DNA of 64,000 bases from an uncultured delta proteobacterium. Its GTDB lineage: Bacteria; Myxococcota_A; Polyangia; Polyangiales; Polyangiaceae. Below are positions 27,709-36,314 of this stretch, piece by piece. The position numbers and the translations under genes were made by a program. The notes under the pieces were generated by a model. That model was not told where the DNA came from. It made no database searches and worked only from the letters and a program-made list of their open reading frames with translations. Numbering within the stretch: position 1 is the stretch's first letter; every line of letters begins with the position of its first letter. The stretch covers positions 160,001-224,000 of the forward strand of contig CAVOKF010000003.1 of the NCBI GenBank assembly GCA_963696385.1, in the 5' to 3' direction.

Positions 27709-27823
27709 AACCGCCCCGGAACAAAGGGATCGGCCGTGCGGCGTACTTCAATCGCCGGGAGGCGATTGGGGGGTTGGGGGGCGAAGCCCAAGGAAATCAT
27801 CTTGATAGAGCGCCAGCCTGCAA
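27709..27823 (+). repeat. Dispersed structured repeat copy
   Basis: Aligns with the reverse complement of 39852-39971 (ACCGCCCC..CAAAGGG..CGCCGGGAGGCG.TTGGGGGGTTGGGG..CGAAGCCC..GGAAATC..CCAGCCTGCAA). Confidence 0.75.
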
Positions 27824-27923
27824 AGCTCGCATATCCGAGCGAAGCTCGGGTATCGTTCAAGGGGGCGTTCTGCTTAAAAGTACACCGCGTGGGTGTGCGA
27901 ATCGCGGTAAACGGATGGTTCCC

Positions 27924-27951
27924 TTGACAGTGGAGCAATCGCCCGTAATGT
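27924..27951 (+). promoter_or_regulatory. Candidate sigma70 promoter of rpmB
   Basis: TTGACA-16 nt-TAATGT ending 13 nt upstream of the ATG. Confidence 0.5.
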
Positions 27952-27964
27952 GGGCGGCGTTATC

Positions 27965-28198
27965 ATGGCCAAGAGCGACATCACCGGCAAGCGCAGGCTC
28001 AAGGCGCACAACGTTTCGCATTCGAACATCAAGACCAACCGCTGGCAGCACGTGAACGTGCAGCGGCGCCGAGTTTGGGTGCCGGAACTGAAGCGTTTTG
28101 TGTCTCTGAACTTGACCACGCGTGACATTCGTACGATCGACAAGCTGGGCATTACGGAATACGCGCGTCGTTACGGCGTTGATCTCAGGCGGGTGTGA
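27965..28198 (+). CDS. rpmB: 50S ribosomal protein L28 (Cys-free form)
   Basis: ITGK..NVSHSNIKTNR..N.Q.RR.W..E, IRTIDK.G. Confidence 0.95.
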   Translation: MAKSDITGKRRLKAHNVSHSNIKTNRWQHVNVQRRRVWVPELKRFVSLNLTTRDIRTIDKLGITEYARRYGVDLRRV

Positions 28199-28268
28199 TC
28201 GGATCGGTTCGACGCCCCCTCGCCGATGCGAATGCGGTCGGCTTGTCGCGTCTGGCGTTGCGGGTCCG

Positions 28269-29270
28269 TCACGCGGACGCGACGACGTGCACGTGGCCGG
28301 TTGCTCGCGACAGCGCGACGGGCTGTCCCCCGGCGACCGCAGCCAAGGCTTCGGTGATCGTCGCCGTTCGAGCGAGCTTCGCGACAACGATGCCCAGCAG
28401 ACGCTGCGCTTCGGGCAACGCGGCGAGTCCGATGGCGAGATCGACCGACCCGCCACGAGCCCGTAAGGCCATCGGCGCCGAGACGATCAGCGGAACGCCC
28501 GGCGCGACCCTCGCTTGGCCGCGCATGACCGGCTGAGCGGCCTTGGGCGCGACGATGCCGAGCGCCGGGATCGCAAGCCCGTCGTCCGGCGCTTCGTAAC
28601 AGGCGACGGCGACCAATCCGCGCGCATCGGCGGCGGCGACCACTTGGGTGGCCGAGGCATCGATGTGCTCTTTGTCGAGCCAAGGCACCATCAGGATTGC
28701 GTTCGAGTCGAGGCCCGGCTCGTCGCAGCGAACGAGTTCCGGCCGGACCGCTGCGAGATCGTGCGCCGTGAGGAGTCCACGCGAGGCGCGGCCCCCCGCA
28801 GCGAGCAGCTCGGTGGCGATGTACCCTGACGACAGCGCCGGGGCACCGCGACGAGCGAATGTTTCGAGCGTGCTCGCTCGTTCGCCCGATCTCCCCTTCG
28901 CTCGGGCCAGAGCGTAACTGCATGCGCGCAGCAGCGACCACGTTCCCGCCGTCGCGATCACTGCGGCAAGCGTTGCAGGAAGCGTTGGAACGGCGATCCG
29001 CGCCGCGTCGGGGACGGGCTCCTGCGCAACGAACCCGCGAGGCCGCGGCGCACCTCGACCGGGCTGACGGAGCCTGCCGTCGAACGCGAGCAACCCCGAT
29101 CCCGCGCCACCCACGATCAGCTGAGCGGGTCCCAGCAACACGGAGGGGACCTCCGCGGCGGCCGCGAGAACCCCAGCGACTACGGCGTCGACCGCGTTGC
29201 CGCGCGCGAGCGCTTCGCGAGCGGCGTCTGCCGCATGCGCGTCGGAGGCGGCGGCGGCGGACTTAGCCAC
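28269..29270 (-). CDS. Shortened, degenerate gamma-glutamyltransferase-like protein
   Basis: GNAVDA, FDGR..QP, AVP, GLLT.HDL, TQVVAAADARG follow the GGT motif order. Confidence 0.7.
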   Translation of the reverse strand: MAKSAAAASDAHAADAAREALARGNAVDAVVAGVLAAAAEVPSVLLGPAQLIVGGAGSGLLAFDGRLRQPGRGAPRPRGFVAQEPVPDAARIAVPTLPATLAAVIATAGTWSLLRACSYALARAKGRSGERASTLETFARRGAPALSSGYIATELLAAGGRASRGLLTAHDLAAVRPELVRCDEPGLDSNAILMVPWLDKEHIDASATQVVAAADARGLVAVACYEAPDDGLAIPALGIVAPKAAQPVMRGQARVAPGVPLIVSAPMALRARGGSVDLAIGLAALPEAQRLLGIVVAKLARTATITEALAAVAGGQPVALSRATGHVHVVASA

Positions 29271-29344
29271 GGCGCGAAGCGCTCGGACCGCGCACGTTCA
29301 TTCGAGCCGCAAGGGCCCGACCCCTCTGCCCAGACGACTCGCCC

Positions 29345-30100
29345 TCATTCCTGCTCGTCGTCGCGCACGACGATACCGCCGCCCCGAGGGCGAATGAGCC
29401 TTGATTGCCCGCCGGGCGCCCCAGCCGGAGCGCTCTGCGCGAGCTCACGCAAACGCTTCGCCTCGAGAAGTGCCGAGTCCGTCTCGATGATGGCGAAGAC
29501 CTCGCGAGCTGCCCCAACCGCTCGGAAAATGCGCTCCAAGGCGACCGGGCCGAACGAACGGGTCTCGCCGAGAGCGCGGAGCCGAAGGTACGCGACGGCT
29601 CCACCCGGGACGGCCTCGCGCGCGGGATCGACGGCCAGCACGACGTCCCAGGCGCGAGCTTGCGCGGCCGCATCGTCGGTCTCCCAGACTCCGCTCGGCT
29701 CCCAAACGAAATGGGTAACGTCCCGTGGAAACCGAGCGACAAGCTTTGCGATCCGTTCACGCCATAGGGGACTGGGCGTCACTTCCGGAGGGGTTCGCAG
29801 CACAAAGCACCGCGCCTGCAGCGCATCGATGGCAGCACGGGCTGCCTCGAGCTCACGCTCCGCGCTCTCACTGGGTCGAACCCGCGACAGATGCGGACCG
29901 GCGACGACCGCGAAATGGAACGGAGGGGGAACGGACTTTCGCCAGCGGCGCAGCGTCGCCGCGGTGGGCGTTGCTGCCGGATCCGCGCCCCGCTCTTCGG
30001 TCGCTATGGCAACGCGCACTTCGAGCAGGTCAAATCGCTTGGAATACGAAGCGATGGCGCCACGAAGCTGCTTTGCGCCGATGTGCCAGCGAGTGCTCAT
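29345..30100 (-). CDS. DUF72-like protein (divergent)
   Basis: Y..RFDLLEV, RWRKSVPPPFHFAV, WEP, VDP, YLRL motifs. Confidence 0.65.
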   Translation of the reverse strand: MSTRWHIGAKQLRGAIASYSKRFDLLEVRVAIATEERGADPAATPTAATLRRWRKSVPPPFHFAVVAGPHLSRVRPSESAERELEAARAAIDALQARCFVLRTPPEVTPSPLWRERIAKLVARFPRDVTHFVWEPSGVWETDDAAAQARAWDVVLAVDPAREAVPGGAVAYLRLRALGETRSFGPVALERIFRAVGAAREVFAIIETDSALLEAKRLRELAQSAPAGAPGGQSRLIRPRGGGIVVRDDEQE

Positions 30101-30185
30101 GTCGGGGGTGATGAGATGTAGTTTAATTTCGTCGGCTGCGTCACGGAAACCGTCTGGCCGGGGAGGCGTGCCACGTGAGGGTCGA

Positions 30186-31067
30186 CTACGCGACGAAGTG
30201 AAACCATTGCGTCGGGTGGTCTCGGACGAAATCCTGCACGGCATTGGCCATTTGCTGAGCCGCGGCGTCGAGATCGACATCGCTGGCGGACCGTGCGATC
30301 ACGATCGGCGGATCCGCAACCACCTTATATCTGCGGTGACCGGTTCGTGCGGCGAAGATCGGAACGATTGGCGCTCCTGTCAGGGCTGCGAGTCGCAGCG
30401 GTCCCTCCGGGACCTTCGCGGTCTCACCGAACATCGTCACACGCCGCCCGCGCTGCCCGGGAGGAGAACGGTCCACCTGGAGAGCGACGATCCCTCCCCC
30501 GCGCAGGTGCCTCGCCAGCGGTAGCGCCGACAGTGGATCGTCGCCGACGTGAGCAACGGCTACCCCGTGACCGCGGCGAACCTCGTCCTGAATCGCACGG
30601 ACGGACGCGTCTCTCTCCGGCGCCTCGGCCACCATGACCCGCAGACCCTTGTCCCGTGCCACTACCCTACCCACCATGTCCCAGCCGGCCGTGTGCGCCG
30701 TGGCGAAGATGGCTCCGCGACCGCGCGACAGCGCCTGTTCGACATGACGTTCGCCCAAACAGCTTGCGCGGACGCATCGTCCTGGGGTCGGGTCGTCCCC
30801 GAGCACCTCCGAAAGGCAGGATGCGTACGTCGCGAACGTGCGCGCGACGTCGGTAGAATCGCGCAGCCAGCCCCGGGATCCGCGCACGCGATGCAGGTTA
30901 CGCGTCACGATTCGGCGGTGCTCGGATGTCAGAGCACAAATGACGACACCGATCACCGGCGGCGAGTACCGCGCGAACCACTCCGGCCCGCGCGCCCCGA
31001 AGCGCGCTGCACGTCTCCAAAACGCACCGTCGAGCGATAGCGGCCCCATCGCCTCAGGCGCTCCCAC
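30186..31067 (-). CDS. LpxL/HtrB-like lysophospholipid acyltransferase
   Basis: GRGAIFATAHTAGWD, VALQVDR, PEGP.RLA..TGAPIVP, HPTQWF. Confidence 0.88.
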   Translation of the reverse strand: MGAPEAMGPLSLDGAFWRRAARFGARGPEWFARYSPPVIGVVICALTSEHRRIVTRNLHRVRGSRGWLRDSTDVARTFATYASCLSEVLGDDPTPGRCVRASCLGERHVEQALSRGRGAIFATAHTAGWDMVGRVVARDKGLRVMVAEAPERDASVRAIQDEVRRGHGVAVAHVGDDPLSALPLARHLRGGGIVALQVDRSPPGQRGRRVTMFGETAKVPEGPLRLAALTGAPIVPIFAARTGHRRYKVVADPPIVIARSASDVDLDAAAQQMANAVQDFVRDHPTQWFHFVA

Positions 31068-31074
31068 CGCTCAT

Positions 31075-34000
31075 TTAGACCCGGATGATCGCGGGCGATC
31101 CACTGAGGAGCTCATCCAACCAGGCGGCGCCCAGCTTCTCCTGCATCGAGTTGGCTCGAAGTCGATCGTGCAGATTGCGGAAATCGACGTCGTCGAGATT
31201 CTGGTCTTGGTTGAAGCACGTGAAGACCACTCGTTCCTTTCCGGTGACCGGGTCGCGCAACTTCTGAAGGCATTGCGCACAGACCTCCTTCATCATGCAT
31301 TGCATGGGTGAATTGATGCTTCCGATCGCCCGGTGCCGGGGATTGAGAAACGGTGCCAGAACTCCGTGCCGAGCCTCGCGCACGGCGTTCATCATGGCGT
31401 CGCTGCCGATGGCGATGATTCGAACGACCTCATGGAGCGCGATGGCGGGGGGCCCGTCCATCGACCCGCTCGCGTACGCGTGCATCGCCTGAACGATGTT
31501 TCCGCGGAAATACTTGTCTTGAGGGCGGTGCGGCTCGATGGCCGCGCCCCCATCGGTGCACCAGATCACCTGGTCGGTCCAGCGTTCGATGTCTTCGCGT
31601 TTGAACAGGTCTTCGCCGCGCCGGTAGCCAGCGAAGTAGAGCACCCTGCCGCCGAGAGCCCTGAACGCACGGGCGATGGAGAACAGAACCGCGTTGCCGA
31701 GACCGCCGCCACAGAGCAGCACGGTCTCTCGTCTCGCCAGCTCGGTCGGTTGGCCCGTGGGTCCCATGAGAACAATGGGCTCTCCCGGGACGAGCGCCGC
31801 GCAGAGACGCGAGCTTCCGCCCATTTCAAGCACGATCGTGCCCAGTAAGCCCCTTTCGACGTCCACCCATGCACCCGTGAGTGCGAGCCCCTCCATCGCC
31901 AGTCGGACGTGAGCCGCCTCTTCGGGGTCGCCGGGCTGGTCGCCCGGCCGGTCGACATCCACGACGGGGGCGAACGTCTCGAAATTCTGAAGTCGGTAAA
32001 ATTGACCCGGTTGAAACTTGCGGGCCGCCATCGGGGCGTGGACCACGATTTCGACGATGGTGGGAGTCAAGCGGTTGATGGCGTGCACTCTCGGGACGAG
32101 CTCTTCATCGAGCCGCTCGAAGAGCGCGCGCAACTCGGCGTCCCGCGTCGCCGGCGCCTCGCACGATAAATCGTCGGGAAACAAGGACGCGACGTGGGCA
32201 TAACCGTCCTTGGCGCTCGCCATCGCCTTGACGACGCTGCCGGCGTAGTGCGGATGATTGTCTCCGTAAAACGATACCGTGTGACCATCCTTCAGATAAC
32301 TCGTAAAAAAGCCGTCGCGAGCCCGAGTGGCCCTCTCGAGAGTGATCCGCCGATTTGCGTCGACTCTCGCGACATAGGGCCGGAAATACTCATTGCGGTC
32401 GTCGAGATCGAAGGTGCCCGGATATTCTTTTTCGTAAATGACGTTCGGGCTGGTCCCGGCCGCTACGCACACGGTACGTGCCGGCAGATCGATCGTGCTG
32501 CCATCGGATCGTTTGAACCGGACCGCCTCTACGGAACGGCGCGTGTCGAGCACCGCCTCGACCGGCGACATGTGCTCGACGTATCGCACCCCTTCCTCGA
32601 GGCTCTTCGCCACCTCTTCATGATTCAGCCGATACGCAGGCGAATCGCGCAGGGCCTTTCGGTACACGACGGTGACGCCTCCCCAGCCTTCCAGAAGCTT
32701 CTGCACACGCGGTTCCCGCGACTCGGCGACGGCCAGTCTCTTCTCGGCACGCAACTCGCGACCATGTGTCAGGTGACGTTGCAACGCCTCCCACTCGTCA
32801 TCGTCGAACCGCGCCCGCAAGTCGGCCTCCGAGTAGCCGCGACGCAGCAAGAGCTCGTAGCGCGTCAACTCCTTGTCGATCTGAATCTGATAATAGGCGA
32901 GCAGTTCGGTCGCGGTATCGATCGCCGTGAGTCCGCCACCAATGACGATCGCGGGCAAGCTCACTTGCAAGTTGGCGATGCTCGTCCGTTTGTATGCGCC
33001 CGTAAGTTGCAGACCCATCAGAAAGTCGCTGGCCTTGCGAATGCCTCGCGCCAAGTTATTCTTCATGTCGATGATCGTCGGGCGCCCGGCACCTGCCGAG
33101 ATCGCCACATGGTCGAAGCCGAGCGCCCACGCGTCGTCGAGGGTGATCGTGCCGCCAAAGCGAACCCCCCCATACATCCTAATGCGCGGATGGCGCGCGA
33201 GCGTAAGCTGGATCAACCTGAGAAAGTTTTTGTCCCAGCGAACCGTGATCCCGTATTCGCTCACTCCACCGAAGCCGAGAAGCTTGCGATCGTCCAGTTC
33301 CGAATAGAGCGAAGCGACGTCTCGAATCGGCACCGGCGGGCGGTCCGGGGATCCACTCAGCGCGCCGTCGACGGGCTCGATTTTCAATCCATCGACCGCG
33401 ACTACGCCAAACCCCTCGCATGCGAGGTGGTGCGCCAGCGTGTATCCCGCGGGCCCCAGACCCACGACGAGAACGTTCCTGCCGCGGTAGGGGCGCATGA
33501 CCGGTCGGCTCACGTTGAGCGGGTTCCAGCGCGTCAAGAATTGATAGATTTCCAACCCCCACGGTAGCGCCAAGGTCTCGGTCAACACCCGTGTCTCGAC
33601 CTGTGGGATGTTGACGGGTTGCTGCTTCTGGAAGATGCACGACTTCATGCAGTCATTGCAGATGCGATGACCCGTCCCCGGGCACATAGGGTTGTCGATC
33701 GCGATCAGCGCCATGGCCGCGATCAGCTCGCCTATTTTTCGCATGGCGTGCATCTCGCTGATCTTTTCTTCGAGAGGGCAACCCTCGAGCAGGACCCCCA
33801 GCGGATTCTTCTTCGCGGCGCCCGTCTTCGTATCCACAAGGCCCTTGCTGCACGAGTCCTTCTCGCGGTCGTGGCACAAAAGGCAGTAGTCGATCTCTTG
33901 TTCGACCTCGCGCTCGGTCATCCGGCGGTCGGTGAGCCGAAAACCGAGACGCTGCCGCCGGTCGTGCTGAGGTCCGACGAGCAGCTCGGGAAGTGCCGCA

Positions 34001-34851
34001 TCGGGTCGCTCGAGCTCGACCAAACGCGAATAGTCGAGAGCTTTCGCAACGTGCATCGTCGGCCAACGTGAACAAGGGTCGTGCTTGTCGGCGTGCCGCG
34101 CCGAAAGCCACGCCTCGAGCGCATCGAGGGCAAACGCCACGACGCGGCCCAGCGACGCATCGTCTTCTTTAGCGCACGCGTCGGGCAAGAATGGGGCGAC
34201 CGCAACACAAACCTTGCGCGCGCGAGCGCGCATCGCATCGGTCCACTCGGCGCCTCCGGCTTTGGCGGCCTTGCGGGCGACGTCATCGATCTCGAGAAGC
34301 GAAAGCGCAGCGTTCGCGACCGTCGCTTCCTCATCGGTGGTGCCTCCGATCGGAGCCGCTGTCATCGACTGCAACGCGGCCTTGGCGACACCGGCGGCGA
34401 CCTGCGCCCCTCGAGTCCACGCCTTGCCCGCTTCCGCCCGGAGTACGCGTTTCTTCACGAACTCCTTGCGGAACTGCCACAGCGGATCCCGCCCCCGGAC
34501 GTCTTCGCGAAATGCGTCGAGTTCGCGCTCGATGTCGAAAAGCTTCCCGACAAAGCGCCCCACCAATGGGGCTGCAGCGAGCAGCGCTTCGCTCCGGGCC
34601 AAGCCCGACATTCCATGCCCCCGGCAGCTGCGGTACGCGTCGAAAAGCGCATGGCGATCGGGCGACTCCCTCTTGAACCATGCGTCGAATGCCGCGTACA
34701 GCCCGTCGAGCTTGAACGGGTCGTAGAGATCGGCATAGACGAATCCCTCGAGGCCGAGACGCAGCGTCGAGGGCATGTCCGCAGCCGGCGGATGGGCCTT
34801 CGCGGGGTCAGCCGTCGGAGCGGGCCCGGCTCCATTCGGAGTCACGTGCAT
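31075..34851 (-). CDS. Large Fe-S flavoprotein: GltD/NfnB-like module fused to an FNR/NfnA(PyrK)-like module
   Basis: CLLCH..C..GCP and GHRICNDCMKSC Fe-S motifs, VGLGPAG (FAD), IGGGLTAID; C-terminal PGQF, MGPTG, GGGLG, MQCMMKEVCAQC..C. Confidence 0.88.
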   Translation of the reverse strand: MHVTPNGAGPAPTADPAKAHPPAADMPSTLRLGLEGFVYADLYDPFKLDGLYAAFDAWFKRESPDRHALFDAYRSCRGHGMSGLARSEALLAAAPLVGRFVGKLFDIERELDAFREDVRGRDPLWQFRKEFVKKRVLRAEAGKAWTRGAQVAAGVAKAALQSMTAAPIGGTTDEEATVANAALSLLEIDDVARKAAKAGGAEWTDAMRARARKVCVAVAPFLPDACAKEDDASLGRVVAFALDALEAWLSARHADKHDPCSRWPTMHVAKALDYSRLVELERPDAALPELLVGPQHDRRQRLGFRLTDRRMTEREVEQEIDYCLLCHDREKDSCSKGLVDTKTGAAKKNPLGVLLEGCPLEEKISEMHAMRKIGELIAAMALIAIDNPMCPGTGHRICNDCMKSCIFQKQQPVNIPQVETRVLTETLALPWGLEIYQFLTRWNPLNVSRPVMRPYRGRNVLVVGLGPAGYTLAHHLACEGFGVVAVDGLKIEPVDGALSGSPDRPPVPIRDVASLYSELDDRKLLGFGGVSEYGITVRWDKNFLRLIQLTLARHPRIRMYGGVRFGGTITLDDAWALGFDHVAISAGAGRPTIIDMKNNLARGIRKASDFLMGLQLTGAYKRTSIANLQVSLPAIVIGGGLTAIDTATELLAYYQIQIDKELTRYELLLRRGYSEADLRARFDDDEWEALQRHLTHGRELRAEKRLAVAESREPRVQKLLEGWGGVTVVYRKALRDSPAYRLNHEEVAKSLEEGVRYVEHMSPVEAVLDTRRSVEAVRFKRSDGSTIDLPARTVCVAAGTSPNVIYEKEYPGTFDLDDRNEYFRPYVARVDANRRITLERATRARDGFFTSYLKDGHTVSFYGDNHPHYAGSVVKAMASAKDGYAHVASLFPDDLSCEAPATRDAELRALFERLDEELVPRVHAINRLTPTIVEIVVHAPMAARKFQPGQFYRLQNFETFAPVVDVDRPGDQPGDPEEAAHVRLAMEGLALTGAWVDVERGLLGTIVLEMGGSSRLCAALVPGEPIVLMGPTGQPTELARRETVLLCGGGLGNAVLFSIARAFRALGGRVLYFAGYRRGEDLFKREDIERWTDQVIWCTDGGAAIEPHRPQDKYFRGNIVQAMHAYASGSMDGPPAIALHEVVRIIAIGSDAMMNAVREARHGVLAPFLNPRHRAIGSINSPMQCMMKEVCAQCLQKLRDPVTGKERVVFTCFNQDQNLDDVDFRNLHDRLRANSMQEKLGAAWLDELLSGSPAIIRV

Positions 34852-34954
34852 CGGCCATGCAACCAGGCGCTTTTCGCGCGACTTTCCCCGGCCGGTACGG
34901 ACTCAACGGCCCTACGTAGAAGAATCCATGGTGCGCAAGGTATCCTCATGGCTA

Positions 34955-35248
34955 TCATTTTCTCGACTCGGAATCTGCACTCGGGGTCCAAGCTGTCTGC
35001 GCGAGCTCGCCCTCCTCGAATCCGAAGTAGATGGCGCACTGCTTGAGCATGAAGCTCTGTCCCTCGGGCGTTACCAAGTCGACCCGGTACGTATTGATGA
35101 ACCGCACGGAATCCTTGAGCCACTGTTGCCAGGCTTCCTTCGAGACTTGTTCGAAGAGGCGCTTTCCAAGGTCGTTTCTGAACGGCGGGCGATCCAATCC
35201 CGGCAAATCCTTCTTGAGCAAGCGGCAGTGGACGATGCGATCCGGCAT
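34955..35248 (-). CDS. yggX: Oxidative damage protection / Fe(II) trafficking protein YggX
   Basis: RIVHC..LKK..PGL..PPF..LGKR.FEQVSKEAWQQW..IN. Confidence 0.9.
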   Translation of the reverse strand: MPDRIVHCRLLKKDLPGLDRPPFRNDLGKRLFEQVSKEAWQQWLKDSVRFINTYRVDLVTPEGQSFMLKQCAIYFGFEEGELAQTAWTPSADSESRK

Positions 35249-35373
35249 AGCGCCGGACCCATAGCCGCGCGCTGCCCCGCGCGCCAGCCGCGGCGGCGGA
35301 TCCAGGCCGGGAAACCCGGGTCCACCCGACCGGGTGCACCGGGTTCGGGGACGCCCCGGTGCCCCGGACCCGG

Positions 35374-36174
35374 TCAAAAGCCGAACGCGAGCTGATCCGC
35401 ATGCGATCCTGGGCAAACCCTTGCCGTGTCGAATCGACGAGGCACCCCGTGCGCCAGCGCCTCGACGGCAAGACGTCGCAGGCGCGAGCCCACGACATCG
35501 AGCGCCCGTTCGGGTGTGTTGTTCGCCCTCGATAGATGAAGCAAGACCAAACGCGCCACGCGTGTGCTCTCGAGAGACACCGCCACGTCCGCCGCTTGTT
35601 CGTTCGCCAAGTGTCCAAGCGGCCCGCCAACCCGACTCCTCAAGCGGGGCGGATACGGACCCGCCGCGAGCATCTGCGGACAGTAGTTCGACTCGAGCAA
35701 GGCGAGATCGCAGCCCGCGAGAAAGTGACGCAACTCGCGCGGGGCGTGGCCCAGGTCCGTAGCGATGCCCACGCGATGCCCGTTGGCCGAGACTCGGATG
35801 GCGGCATGAGGCGCATCGTGGGGGATGCTCAGCGATTCGACGATGAAGGGGCCCAACACGAGCGACCTGCCCGGAACGTAAGGGCGCACCTCGACACGCC
35901 GCCGTACTCGGTCGATCGCCACCCCGTCGTGCGCGAAAATGGGAGTCCGCAGAGCGCGTGCAAGCGGGTGGGCGTACGCGGCATGGTCGCCATGCTCATG
36001 GGTGACCAAGAGGCCCAACGGCGGGTGGGACGTGACCAAGTCGGCTCCGAGCGTCCGCATGCGCTCGATCGCGCGTGTGGGTCCAAGTCCAGCGTCGATG
36101 ATCAGCCGATCGCCTTCCGCCTCGACAACGAGGCAGTTGCCGCTCGACCCACTCCCCAGGATGAACACGCGCAA
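35374..36174 (-). CDS. MBL-fold metallo-hydrolase, YycJ/WalJ-like
   Basis: LGSGSSGN, THEHGDH, PHDA, ATDLG, LESNY, GHLAN, HLS..NN. Confidence 0.9.
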   Translation of the reverse strand: MRVFILGSGSSGNCLVVEAEGDRLIIDAGLGPTRAIERMRTLGADLVTSHPPLGLLVTHEHGDHAAYAHPLARALRTPIFAHDGVAIDRVRRRVEVRPYVPGRSLVLGPFIVESLSIPHDAPHAAIRVSANGHRVGIATDLGHAPRELRHFLAGCDLALLESNYCPQMLAAGPYPPRLRSRVGGPLGHLANEQAADVAVSLESTRVARLVLLHLSRANNTPERALDVVGSRLRRLAVEALAHGVPRRFDTARVCPGSHADQLAFGF

Positions 36175-36314
36175 CGGCCCTTTTTTACCATGCCCTTGCC
36201 GGCCGGCCGAGCCGAAGAGAAACGCGGCACGGAAACGGCACTCGCGTATATGATGTCGCCCGCGGCCGGACGCCGGCGTGACGAACGGCGTGACGATGGC
36301 GAACAATGGCACCC

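Noticed and set aside
35295..35376. Strong GC hairpins between the MBL gene and yggX as an ncRNA or riboswitch
   Set aside because: No recognisable aptamer motifs; more likely a terminator-like or repeat-derived stem.
35374..36174. MBL-fold gene as a beta-lactamase
   Set aside because: No signal peptide; the motifs match the YycJ/WalJ-like nuclease subfamily.
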